A model generated the notes under the pieces. That model saw only the letters and a program-made list of their open reading frames with translations. It did not search any database and had not been told where the DNA came from. From an uncultured Chloroflexia bacterium (GTDB lineage: Bacteria > Chloroflexota > Dehalococcoidia > GIF9 > UBA5629), in assembly GCA_963775935.1 (NCBI GenBank), contig CAVZKR010000003.1, positions 321,012 through 385,011 on the forward strand: 64,000 nt of DNA, read 5' to 3'. This document shows, piece after piece, positions 20,694-29,531 of this stretch (positions are counted from its first letter, which is position 1; the number at the start of each line of letters is the position of its first letter). Made by a program: the position numbers and the translations under genes.

Positions 20694-20939
20694 ATGAAAG
20701 AGGTATTACTTGCTCTCCAAATAGAATCCTTACCTGAAGGCGGATTCTTAGCCACAAGTGATGAGTTACCTGGATTAGTGGCACAAGGTAGAACCATCGC
20801 CGAAACTCTGGAAATTGCCCAGGATGTAGCACAGAAGCTTATCGAATCCTACCAGGAGCATGGCGATGAACTTCCCGTCTCGCTTCGAGCTGGTACTCCA
20901 GCTACTGGGGAAGTCCGCATCCCGGTGAGTGTTTCCTGA
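20694..20939 (+). CDS. hicB: HicB-family antitoxin (UPF0150 fold)
   Basis: ...IESLPEGGFLATSDELPGLVAQGRTIAETLEIAQDVAQKLIESYQEHGDELP is typical of the HicB N-terminal domain. Confidence 0.8.
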   Translation: MKEVLLALQIESLPEGGFLATSDELPGLVAQGRTIAETLEIAQDVAQKLIESYQEHGDELPVSLRAGTPATGEVRIPVSVS

Positions 20940-21163
20940 TGTCGAGGCTTGCTGGTTTTAGTATAGACGAAGTATTAAGAAAACTGCGTCATGCTGGTTT
21001 TGTGTTCGACCGTCATGCTAAAGGAAGTCATGAAATCTGGTGGAACCCTCAAACACATGCACGCACTACTGTACCGCGTCATCCGGGTGACATACCTGAA
21101 GGAACACTGCGAGCCATTCTGGCGCAAGCCAGGATAAGTGTGGATGAATTTTTGAAACTGTAA
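20939..21163 (+). CDS. hicA: HicA-family mRNA interferase toxin
   Basis: LRKLRHAGFVFDRHAKGSHEIWWNP...VPRHPGDIPEGTLRAILAQA; start and stop overlap as TGATG. Confidence 0.85.
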   Translation: MSRLAGFSIDEVLRKLRHAGFVFDRHAKGSHEIWWNPQTHARTTVPRHPGDIPEGTLRAILAQARISVDEFLKL

Positions 21164-21203
21164 CGGATTGATAGCATTCTACAAATCAGAGCTTTCTCCC
21201 CAA

Positions 21204-21235
21204 GTCGCCCCTCGCACGGGGGCGTGGATTGAAAC
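21204..21235 (+). CRISPR. solitary CRISPR-like repeat (type I-C style); no array
   Basis: GTCGCCCCTCGCACGGGGGCGTGGATTGAAAC has the palindromic GC core GCCCC/GGGGC and the ATTGAAAC 3' handle of I-C-type repeats. I found only one copy in the window and no cas genes. Confidence 0.6.
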
Positions 21236-21294
21236 CACCTCTATCACACACAACTTCAAACCAAACAGCTAAAAGAGACTGCTGAAAAAGAGGT

Positions 21295-21360
21295 GCAGGA
21301 ACCTTCCTGCCGAGGGTCTGGGGGTGTCCCCCAGCTTCCATATTCCCCCAAGACTGGGGG
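21295..21360. repeat. GC-rich triple-hairpin intergenic element
   Basis: Three consecutive palindromes: GCAGGAAccTTCCTGC (21295-21310), CTGGGGGtgtCCCCCAG (21318-21334), CCCCCAagacTGGGGG (21345-21360). Confidence 0.6.
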
Positions 21361-21426
21361 ATAAAGGGGGTTGAAAATGACTAATTGCTGATTAGGAGCA
21401 GCTCATACGGTGGGGACATCGAACTT

Positions 21427-22176
21427 TTACTTGCGTATTCTGTTCTTAACCGTGTTCCAGGAGTCAGTTATTAAGAAACTCTCATTCACATTTCGGAACA
21501 TTTCCTCAAATCGCCCCATCGGGATTGCAAAGGTAAGTGTATTGTCTGGAACGCATGGTCGCGCAGAGACATCAAACATACCCAACACACATCTCGGATT
21601 ACTGGATTTGGACTCAGCAAGAGGATAACTTACTATCGAAGAACAGCCCGAGCCCATAGGCGCAATAACGCCATTCGGATCAGTTACATCAAAATTCGCC
21701 AGGGTGAACAGACCTGACAGGACATCTGGTACAGCAAAAAAGACGATTGCTACGGGTTCATCTTGCGCTAACAAATTATCCCATCGTTTAAATACAAGAT
21801 ACCTGGCAGGTGCTTTGAAAGGCGGATTATTTTTCAGATAGTCTCTAACTAATTCAGGTGATTTCTTATAGCGTTCTCCCTCCATCTTACCGGGAATGCC
21901 ACATGACAGGAAGTATTCAAAATTTGGTCGCAATCTCTGTGAGAAACCTGTGTAGCGCTTACCTCCTGGACATCCCGGGCTTTCGGAACTGTAGACAAAA
22001 ACATGTCCTTCTCTAACACGGTTCAAATTACAGATAAGGCAGCGATGCACATTTTTAGTGTCTTTGACGTCTTTCTCAGACACCTCACCGGCATAATAAT
22101 ATGCAACTGGCAACTCGGCCCCCGGGAGATACTTTTCCCACTGGTTTAAAAACGATTCTTTTAGCTGTTTTTTCAT
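21427..22176 (-). CDS. DUF169 domain protein
   Basis: 249 aa. The pattern ...HRCLICNLNRVREG..F...ESPGCPGGKRYTGF... resembles DUF169 family members. Confidence 0.75.
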   Translation of the reverse strand: MKKQLKESFLNQWEKYLPGAELPVAYYYAGEVSEKDVKDTKNVHRCLICNLNRVREGHVFVYSSESPGCPGGKRYTGFSQRLRPNFEYFLSCGIPGKMEGERYKKSPELVRDYLKNNPPFKAPARYLVFKRWDNLLAQDEPVAIVFFAVPDVLSGLFTLANFDVTDPNGVIAPMGSGCSSIVSYPLAESKSSNPRCVLGMFDVSARPCVPDNTLTFAIPMGRFEEMFRNVNESFLITDSWNTVKNRIRK

Positions 22177-22760
22177 TGCAACTTCGTCCTCTAATGGTCA
22201 TTTATCTTTTTCACTGGCGATTATAATGCTACTTGGCAAAACCTCTTAAACTAAATGGCACCGAGAGACAATTCCTCAATCTGCTTATATTGAATACCGA
22301 AACACGTATCTTCTGAATGATAGACATTCGGATTATTAATGTCAATCGAGGTGAACATTTGTCAGAATTGTTTAACTTGAAGAGCATCGGTCTTCGGATG
22401 ATGAGCCCAATATCAGTCCTATTCCGTTATATACTGTTTAATACAATCCTATAGAGGAGCCTTTTTACAATTAGCACAGCTGTTACCACCGCGCGCGGCA
22501 AGGGGAGTGTCAAAACAACATGAGAACCAGTGTATACAGAAACGACCTCTATTGCTACTTAGTTAAGGGGGATGCGTATTAGATAAACTATCTCCTAAGA
22601 ACTCATTCACCGTATTCTACAGACTTTTATCAAATATGTATGCCCGATAGAATTCTTCTCCGGTTGAACTGACGCATCATCCCTACCTTAAGCAAAGTAA
22701 CTTAATATCAGTGTATGATAAAATGTTGTGCGCAGGATATTCATGTGGAGGTATTAGACG

Positions 22761-23006
22761 GTGGTTGAATTTAAAGAAATAGGTAGAATAAAAATAAGCG
22801 CTTCATCTGATATTGTATTAAGTAGTGTAGTTGATAGTGAAGGGCGATTAGCTGGTTACTCGATAAGTAAATTCGTTACAACAGATAAATATACGGGTTT
22901 TACGAAAAGCATTTTGATATCTGCGGACAGACTTCATGAGTTTCTTGCTCTGTTCCCTACAGAAAAGCTCGAGGAATCGTTAAGGTTGAAAGGTAGAGAT
23001 GGTTGA
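22761..23006 (+). CDS. hypothetical protein (81 aa), possibly a PC4/YdbC-like ssDNA-binding fold
   Basis: GTG start after GGAGG. The EIGRIKISASSDIVLS...YTGFTKSILISADRLHEFL pattern is reminiscent of bacterial PC4-like proteins. Weak call. Confidence 0.35.
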   Translation: MVEFKEIGRIKISASSDIVLSSVVDSEGRLAGYSISKFVTTDKYTGFTKSILISADRLHEFLALFPTEKLEESLRLKGRDG

Positions 23007-23170
23007 TTCAGTAAACTTGGGGACTAAAATGTCTTTAATCAAATAACTGTAATTAATATTGGTACCATAGCTGTTGAAGGAGAAATAGATATAAATAGTC
23101 AACAATATGGATATCACTATCAAGCTATCTGATGAGTTATAATCTGGAATCAGATATCTTAATTATGATA

Positions 23171-24013
23171 TTACTTAAACCCTAACTTCTTCGCTTTTTC
23201 AATGAGCTCTATAGTCAAAGGTTGCAGATGTTTTGGAAAAGGCCATCTATTGCGAACAACGTTTATTATCGAAAAAATATCATTCAATTCGTTATTAGTT
23301 AATAATCCTGTCTTTTTACCCCATTGTGCCATTTTCTCATAAAACTCAGGCGGCTGGTTGAACACATTTGGCTTCAGAGTTGCCCCCATATCTTTTTCGA
23401 ATACTAAATTTCCCTGCTTTTTATCCTTAGTAGTGGAGTCATAGCTGTCTTTCTCGGTATCCTTATTGCCAGTTTTTGCCACATGGTGCGCCTCTGCTTT
23501 ATGCTGAGCTGTATCCCCTTTCCTTTCTGTGGTTGGATGGCTTTCGCCTTTAAAACCAATTTTGGATTCGTTCTCAGGTACACGAACCATTCCGAAGGAT
23601 TCTATTAGCTTACCCTGATTGAGTAATTCGCGTATTATATCATTGAGAATTTCAGTTATCCGACCGCCTGTTCTATTAAATCCTAGCCTTCTGGCTACAT
23701 CAACCATGAGATCGCTCTGTGGGATTCCAAGCATTGCTTTAACGATAGTTATTATAATCGTTTTGAGTTCAGTTGGCGGGATGTGTTCAATGTTCCCATC
23801 TACAGGAAGACGCGGCGCCCTGTGAAGTTGTTCATCTAATATCCAAATGAAGGCCCCATTATTTTTAACTTTGCCATTCTTACAAGCAGCTTGAATAGCT
23901 TGATCAATGTTATCCCTGGTGCTAGATCGGACATGTCCCATATCATAATACTGACGTATGCGTTCAATAACTGACGTTTTTATGCAATGGACCCTCAATC
24001 TTAGCAACTTCAT
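23171..24013 (-). pseudogene. 3' portion (DUF3320-like domain plus extra C-terminal region) of the split giant helicase gene
   Basis: From K12 on (KTSVIERIRQYYDMGHVRSSTRDNIDQAI...) it continues the ...VAKIEGPLH end of ORF 23964..29246 in another frame. The two frames meet at an A5 run (23977-23981). Confidence 0.75.
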
Positions 24014-27000
24014 AAATAATGCGTATAAGCCTCTCCGTTGTCTCGTTTCGCAATTCTACATCCCATTTAGATCTGGGAATATTAGCCTTTTCATATTTTT
24101 CAAGGTGAATATCTATGGATTTTTGAGGGTTGATTTCAACAAGGTTTTCATCTGAGTTCAACGCTTCTAAACTTGATTCATTGTTGCTCGAATTAAACAT
24201 AGCTAGGTTATTATCAAGCGTAGTTCCAGCTCGTGCCACGGCGATAGCCTTCTCAATTCTTTCTAATTCGGCTTTTGGGTTCCGAATCCATGCAGTTGAC
24301 CAAACTCGGTGTATTTTCCACCCTAGGCCTTCCAATACTTGCTGTCTTAACCAGTCACGATCACGGGCTGCTGGAGCGCTGTGGTAGACCCAACCATCAC
24401 ATTCAATACCCAAATCGCATTTATCGCCGCTTTCAGAAAGGACAGCTAGGTCAATGCTATATCCTGCTGCTCCAACCTGATTGGAAACCTTATAACCCCT
24501 TGCTATGAGTGCCTGCTGTACAGCTGCCTCAAACGGTGACTCTGGTTCTGCTGTGGGATTTATGATTTTGTGCCCTTCGAAATATTGGTTGGGATCAGCG
24601 GCATATTCGAGATAAAGTTTCAGGAATTTGGCTCCTTGCTGTTGAGAATGGATGTCACTGGCCTTCAGTGAGTGTACGAGGTCAACTCGTTGTCTCGCCC
24701 GGCTTATAACAACATTTAGACGTCGCTCTCCTCCTTCGATATTTAATGGCCCAAAACGATTAGGTGTAGCACCTGACTCAACCGTTGGCCCATAGCCGAT
24801 GCTGATAATCATATGATCCCGCTCATCGCCTTGCACGTTTTCCAAATTTTTAATAAAGATAGGTTCGTCTTTCCTTTCGTTGAAACGCTCATCCAAGTCA
24901 CGCTCTAGAATTCTGCGTTCCTCAATCAACCGCTCGATTAGATCTGATTGTGACCGTGACAAAGCAACTACACCAAGGCTTTCCCCCACTGGACGTGTAC
25001 GTAAGTGCTCAAAGACAAGATCCACTACGCGGTCTGCCTCCTTTCGGTTGGTGCAGGTAGCCCCGGCATCATATCGACCATCAGGAACAAATATATCGTG
25101 TACTCCATACCATGTATTATTAATGCGTGGACTAGGAAAAGTAAGGAGATAATCCTCATAAAAATGGTGATTAGAAAAGCGGATGAGACTTTCATCTCTA
25201 CTTCGATAATGGACATTTAGCTTTGCTGGATTAAATAACTGACCTTCTAACTGTACAGCAGCATCTAGTATGCTTTCTCTACCTGCAAATAGGTTTGCCA
25301 TTGTATCCTCAGATTCTTCATCGAAGTCAAATTCTTCTTCCAAGGAATGGCGCCAGAAGCTGCTTGGAGGTAATTGCTTTTGATCTCCGGCAAGAATCAA
25401 TTGATTCCCGCGGAGGATGGCAGGAATAGCGTCCTCTGGAAAGATTTGGGATGCTTCGTCAAAGATCACGACATCGAAGCTTAGTGTCTCTGACTCGACT
25501 TCCGAAAATGGAAGAAATTGACTAATAGCAAGGGGACTTACCATAATGCATGGTTTCAATGTTTTGATTAGATGTGGAATTGTTCGAAATAGTTTCCTAA
25601 CTGGCCACTGGCGTCGTCGCTTGCTTAGCTCGCCACGCAGAATACCTAGCGCGCTTCCTTTGGCAGAGGTTGCGGTTGAGTTTGGATATCGCTCGTACAC
25701 TTTCTTTCGCACCATATTTTGTGCTGCAAACGAAAGTTGTGTATCCAATTCTTTGAACTTAGAGATAATGTTCCCATGTTCTAATGCCATAAACCGAGAG
25801 AGCAAGCTCTCTTGTTTATAGATATAGTCAATCCATTCCCCTAACACTCGACGTTCAATTATTCTTGGAATAAGCTCGCTTTCCTCGGTTGTACACCGTA
25901 TAAGTTCAACAGTATCAGGACCAATAATCTGATCAAATTCTCCGATTGTAGCTTGGAATAGCAGCCAGTCACTAGCTGAGTCTGCGTCATTAAAAAGTTC
26001 TTTTGACCATTGCTTTATTTGATCGAACTTGGCCTGTGGCCATGATTCCCATGGTCCACCTTGTAGGTCATAATCTTCCTTAAGGGATTTAGTTAGTGCC
26101 ATGAACTGTTGGAGAACATCAGTAGCCGACTTAGCCATTGCTATATATATCGCCTGAGCTTCAGGCTGCTCTGCTTTAGATAGTAGAGTCGGGGTAAGTT
26201 CGTTTGATGATACATTGATAAGTAAATCTTCGGCCCAAGTTAGGCAGTTAAAGATGTCGGTCCAGTCAGTATCAAATCCTTTAAAACGAGCCTCGAAGTT
26301 GGCTTGCATCGTTTCCTGAACTTGCAAATGCTCTTGTTCTAGTTTACATAGCCTTGCGCCCCAACTCATCAATAATTGTAAGGCTTGTAAGTCCTTAATT
26401 TCCTTACGAGTAGTGGTAATAGGTATTCTTACTTTGTTTTCAATCCGTTCTGTAGTCGTTATGGCGTTTAGCGCCAGATTTTCCAAAGAAAGCAGTGATA
26501 TTTTGTCTTTCTTAATTTGCTTAACTAAACCAGAGTCTAGATTATCATCAAGCAAAGCCTGAAGTTCAGCGGATACTTGCTCTAGGGTATTAGACAACTC
26601 CTGTGAATAGCGAGAAGTATCTTCTTCGGTCAGGAGTTGCGGTATATGTGTTTTTCTCTTGCCCAAGCCTTTAAGGATCTCCTGAACATTATGAAGATGT
26701 CGCAATACTATGTCCCATTCAGTATTTCGCCCCGCACAACGAGTGCCCAAAGCCGACTCTAGTTCAACTGCCAATTCTTCCCATGTCTTTCGTTTCTTTT
26801 TTAGCTTTAGTATTTCCTCCACGATCTTAGCCTCTTGAGCGAATGATACTTTGTTATAGGCATGTCGGAACATTTGAATACGCTTTCGATCGCTCCAATA
26901 ATTTCTAGATATGAAACGCCGCAGAGGACTTTGGTAGGTTGTCCTGTAGCGAAGTAACATTTTTTCGTCAACTAGGTCTATAATGTCGGGTTCAAACTCT

Positions 27001-29246
27001 GAAAAAAGATCTTTTTCTCGTGCCTCGAGATCCTGCGCCAATTTTTGAGCTTTCTGCACAATAGCTATAATCTTTTCGGTACCCTGTGGTTCAGTCCATT
27101 CGTTTGGAACCGGGGCAACATTAGCAAGTGTTTTAGTAAGGGAAAGAAAAGTATGTATATCTGTCCATGTATCGGATGGTGTTTCCTGTAAAAAATTAGA
27201 GATTGAAGTTACTGCCGCTCTTAACCGAGTTATTGCATTAACGATTTCTCGCAACAAAACTGATATGACCTGCTCACTCTGTACAATTTTTTGGCTCCAT
27301 TGTTTTTCAAATAATTCATTAAGTGAAAGCTGCTCTTCAGGGTATATCGTAAGTTGTGTTACGAGATCTTTGAAATCCCAGTCTGGGATAGGACTACCTA
27401 ATATGCTAGTAAGCTTATTGATTAAATCAGCTCTCTCTGTCTGAAGCCCAACTTCTCGCTTTGCAATGTCACGAAGACGGCTAACAACACCGCATTGAAG
27501 CCATTTTTGGGGAATTCCAGTTGCTTTCGTGAAATGCTGAACTATATTTTTTACCTTAGTAAATTCGTCGAGCGTCTCAGGTGTTGAAAGTCCTAAAGAC
27601 TTTGTAAGGCTAAGTGTAGTATTTTGTATAACATCGACTGCGGAGGCAAGCCTCTGCATGTCATTTCGAATTTTGTTAGCTAGCTCAAGCGAGGGTGTTC
27701 CGCTTTTCAGAATTCTCCAATGGCTTGTCCAGTACTCTCTGAATTCCCTATGCCTTAGTCTTACTCGATTTGCGACCTCGAGAATCGCATTCAACTTTTT
27801 CTGGCTTAGCTTCTCGATATTTTTTACTTTAAAGGAAACATGTGGGACATCTCGGATTGAAGCATAACGACCATGTACTTGAAAAATCGAATATCCCAGA
27901 GGTTCTCGGATTTGATGAAGAGCTCGTACTACCGCATTCAGCCGATTTCGAAGGTCCGTCAATTGTTCGTAGTCAAAATCTTGCCGTCTAATTGCCCGCC
28001 GATCATCAACCGATTGCTTCAATTGCAGATATACGTTAGCCTTACGTCCGCGTTCACTATGCAGATCTAAACAGAAGACTCCAAGCTCTTTATCGTCAAG
28101 ACGCCGTTTCACTACATCAAGAGCTGCTGTTTTTTCGCTTACAAAAAGAGTTGATTTCCCCTCTGCTAAGAATGTGGCAATTATATTTGCGATCGTCTGA
28201 CTCTTACCAGTTCCTGGGGGCCCATGGACTACTAAATTGTAACCCGATCTAGCGGCTGTAATTGCCAATAATTGGCTATAATCTGCAGGAAGGATTGCAA
28301 AGTGGTCACGAACATCTAAAATATCATCAAGCTTTGCACCACTTAAATCATCCGGTATAACAATTGGATGAGCTGTTGATGTAGTATCCTCTTGAATAGC
28401 AGGCTTTTCGCCAGCTAGTGTCCGTACTATCGTGTGTTCAGTGCCATTCTTTTTGATGATTTCAAGGTCACGCCACATAGCGAGTTTTGAGTAAGCGAAT
28501 GTAGCCAGATAAATATCATTTTGCACTTTCCATTCGGGACGCTTTTCTACTAATTTCCGGACTGCGTCAATATACGCAATAGCAGTCTCAGTTCCTGAGT
28601 CAATTTCTGGTAGTTGAATGTCAAACTCATTTAGCTTCACCGCTAGTGTAGAGTTTGTGGCTGGTTCTTCCTCATCATGTACCAAGATAAATGCGGCTCG
28701 TGGGGAATTTCTCTCCAGATGACATGGAAGGAGTAATAATGGAGCGATAAGCTGCTCACCATCTTCATCTATCCATTGTAGAAATCCGAGCGCTAGGAAT
28801 AATATGTTCAGGCCTTGTTCTTCCTCCCATTCTCGTGCCCGTCGCCTCAGATTCCCTAAACGGCGTTGCAACTCAAGAGGTGGACAGTCCCCTCTTAAAT
28901 CTCCTGTCAATATATATGGTTCTTGTTTCTGTTCTTCACCAGCATCAGCCTTAGTGAAACGATTGATTTGCTCTCGGGATATTGGCTCCGCATAATCGAA
29001 GGTCAACCCATGGCGGGATTTCAATAATGCGTCTAGGATACTATCGGGCGTATGTTGTATTATATGAACTGTTGTCATACTGAGTTTGAAGTTTAGCAGA
29101 TTGTTGCGCCGATCAAGCTGCAGAAGTCGTCGCTGCCATTCAGCAACGACTTCTGCGAATTGTGCAGAGCATTTATCGGCTTTAGTTTTCCCCACTACCT
29201 TCTGTTCTCCGTACCATCCATTATGACAGACGCAATTGAAAAGCAT
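23964..29246 (-). CDS. DUF4011 / SF1 (Upf1-like AAA_11+AAA_12) helicase / REase-like (DUF559-type) domain protein, truncated at a frameshift
   Basis: N-terminal LLQLDRRNNLLNFK (DUF4011-like), GPPGTGKSQTIANII (Walker A), VVIFDEASQ (Walker B), VQGDERDHMIIS (AAA_12), and IDLAV...LGIECDGWVYHSAPAARDRDWLRQQVLEGLGWKIHRVWSTAW (endonuclease-like fold). Confidence 0.88.
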   Translation of the reverse strand: MLFNCVCHNGWYGEQKVVGKTKADKCSAQFAEVVAEWQRRLLQLDRRNNLLNFKLSMTTVHIIQHTPDSILDALLKSRHGLTFDYAEPISREQINRFTKADAGEEQKQEPYILTGDLRGDCPPLELQRRLGNLRRRAREWEEEQGLNILFLALGFLQWIDEDGEQLIAPLLLLPCHLERNSPRAAFILVHDEEEPATNSTLAVKLNEFDIQLPEIDSGTETAIAYIDAVRKLVEKRPEWKVQNDIYLATFAYSKLAMWRDLEIIKKNGTEHTIVRTLAGEKPAIQEDTTSTAHPIVIPDDLSGAKLDDILDVRDHFAILPADYSQLLAITAARSGYNLVVHGPPGTGKSQTIANIIATFLAEGKSTLFVSEKTAALDVVKRRLDDKELGVFCLDLHSERGRKANVYLQLKQSVDDRRAIRRQDFDYEQLTDLRNRLNAVVRALHQIREPLGYSIFQVHGRYASIRDVPHVSFKVKNIEKLSQKKLNAILEVANRVRLRHREFREYWTSHWRILKSGTPSLELANKIRNDMQRLASAVDVIQNTTLSLTKSLGLSTPETLDEFTKVKNIVQHFTKATGIPQKWLQCGVVSRLRDIAKREVGLQTERADLINKLTSILGSPIPDWDFKDLVTQLTIYPEEQLSLNELFEKQWSQKIVQSEQVISVLLREIVNAITRLRAAVTSISNFLQETPSDTWTDIHTFLSLTKTLANVAPVPNEWTEPQGTEKIIAIVQKAQKLAQDLEAREKDLFSEFEPDIIDLVDEKMLLRYRTTYQSPLRRFISRNYWSDRKRIQMFRHAYNKVSFAQEAKIVEEILKLKKKRKTWEELAVELESALGTRCAGRNTEWDIVLRHLHNVQEILKGLGKRKTHIPQLLTEEDTSRYSQELSNTLEQVSAELQALLDDNLDSGLVKQIKKDKISLLSLENLALNAITTTERIENKVRIPITTTRKEIKDLQALQLLMSWGARLCKLEQEHLQVQETMQANFEARFKGFDTDWTDIFNCLTWAEDLLINVSSNELTPTLLSKAEQPEAQAIYIAMAKSATDVLQQFMALTKSLKEDYDLQGGPWESWPQAKFDQIKQWSKELFNDADSASDWLLFQATIGEFDQIIGPDTVELIRCTTEESELIPRIIERRVLGEWIDYIYKQESLLSRFMALEHGNIISKFKELDTQLSFAAQNMVRKKVYERYPNSTATSAKGSALGILRGELSKRRRQWPVRKLFRTIPHLIKTLKPCIMVSPLAISQFLPFSEVESETLSFDVVIFDEASQIFPEDAIPAILRGNQLILAGDQKQLPPSSFWRHSLEEEFDFDEESEDTMANLFAGRESILDAAVQLEGQLFNPAKLNVHYRSRDESLIRFSNHHFYEDYLLTFPSPRINNTWYGVHDIFVPDGRYDAGATCTNRKEADRVVDLVFEHLRTRPVGESLGVVALSRSQSDLIERLIEERRILERDLDERFNERKDEPIFIKNLENVQGDERDHMIISIGYGPTVESGATPNRFGPLNIEGGERRLNVVISRARQRVDLVHSLKASDIHSQQQGAKFLKLYLEYAADPNQYFEGHKIINPTAEPESPFEAAVQQALIARGYKVSNQVGAAGYSIDLAVLSESGDKCDLGIECDGWVYHSAPAARDRDWLRQQVLEGLGWKIHRVWSTAWIRNPKAELERIEKAIAVARAGTTLDNNLAMFNSSNNESSLEALNSDENLVEINPQKSIDIHLEKYEKANIPRSKWDVELRNETTERLIRIIYEVAKIEGPLHKNVSY

Positions 29247-29289
29247 TTAGGGTGAGGTTTTTAGTTAAAGATAAGCTAGTATGGCCTGC

Positions 29290-29329
29290 CCCCAATAGTT
29301 ATATCACTTCTAAAGTAAGTCCCGCAAGT
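29290..29329 (-). promoter_or_regulatory. conserved promoter-like block upstream of the helicase gene (copy A of 2)
   Basis: On the minus strand it reads TTGCGG-18 nt-TGaTATAAC (extended -10). A 22-bp stretch is identical, and 35/40 positions match, to 49900..49939 upstream of another minus-strand gene. Confidence 0.5.
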
Positions 29330-29459
29330 TGCCGGCATAGTAAGCCGCAGTTTCCCAGACCGCTGTTAATATGAACGATCAGATATGCTGACGCTGGCTT
29401 GATGCTGGGACAACACTTCACCTTTTAGGTTATACAATCCATGATTCCGTGATTAAAAC

Positions 29460-29488
29460 TTGACACTAGTAGTGCGCCCAAGTAAATT
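29460..29488 (+). promoter_or_regulatory. sigma-70-type promoter of the ocd-family gene
   Basis: TTGACA (29460-29465), 17-nt spacer, TAAATT (29483-29488). The track's TTG start codon is this -35 hexamer. Confidence 0.6.
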
Positions 29489-29531
29489 CTATGGGGATGC
29501 AGTCCAAAAAATTTTCAGGAGTAACCAACCC

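Noticed and set aside
21164-21426. Possible CRISPR array
   Set aside because: Only one repeat unit is present, with no second repeat at spacer distance and no cas genes in the window. It is reported only as a solitary repeat.
29460-29531. TTG 29460 as the start of the ocd-family gene
   Set aside because: That TTG is the first half of a TTGACA -35 hexamer with a properly spaced -10. ATG 29532 has an AGGAG RBS and gives the usual N-terminus.
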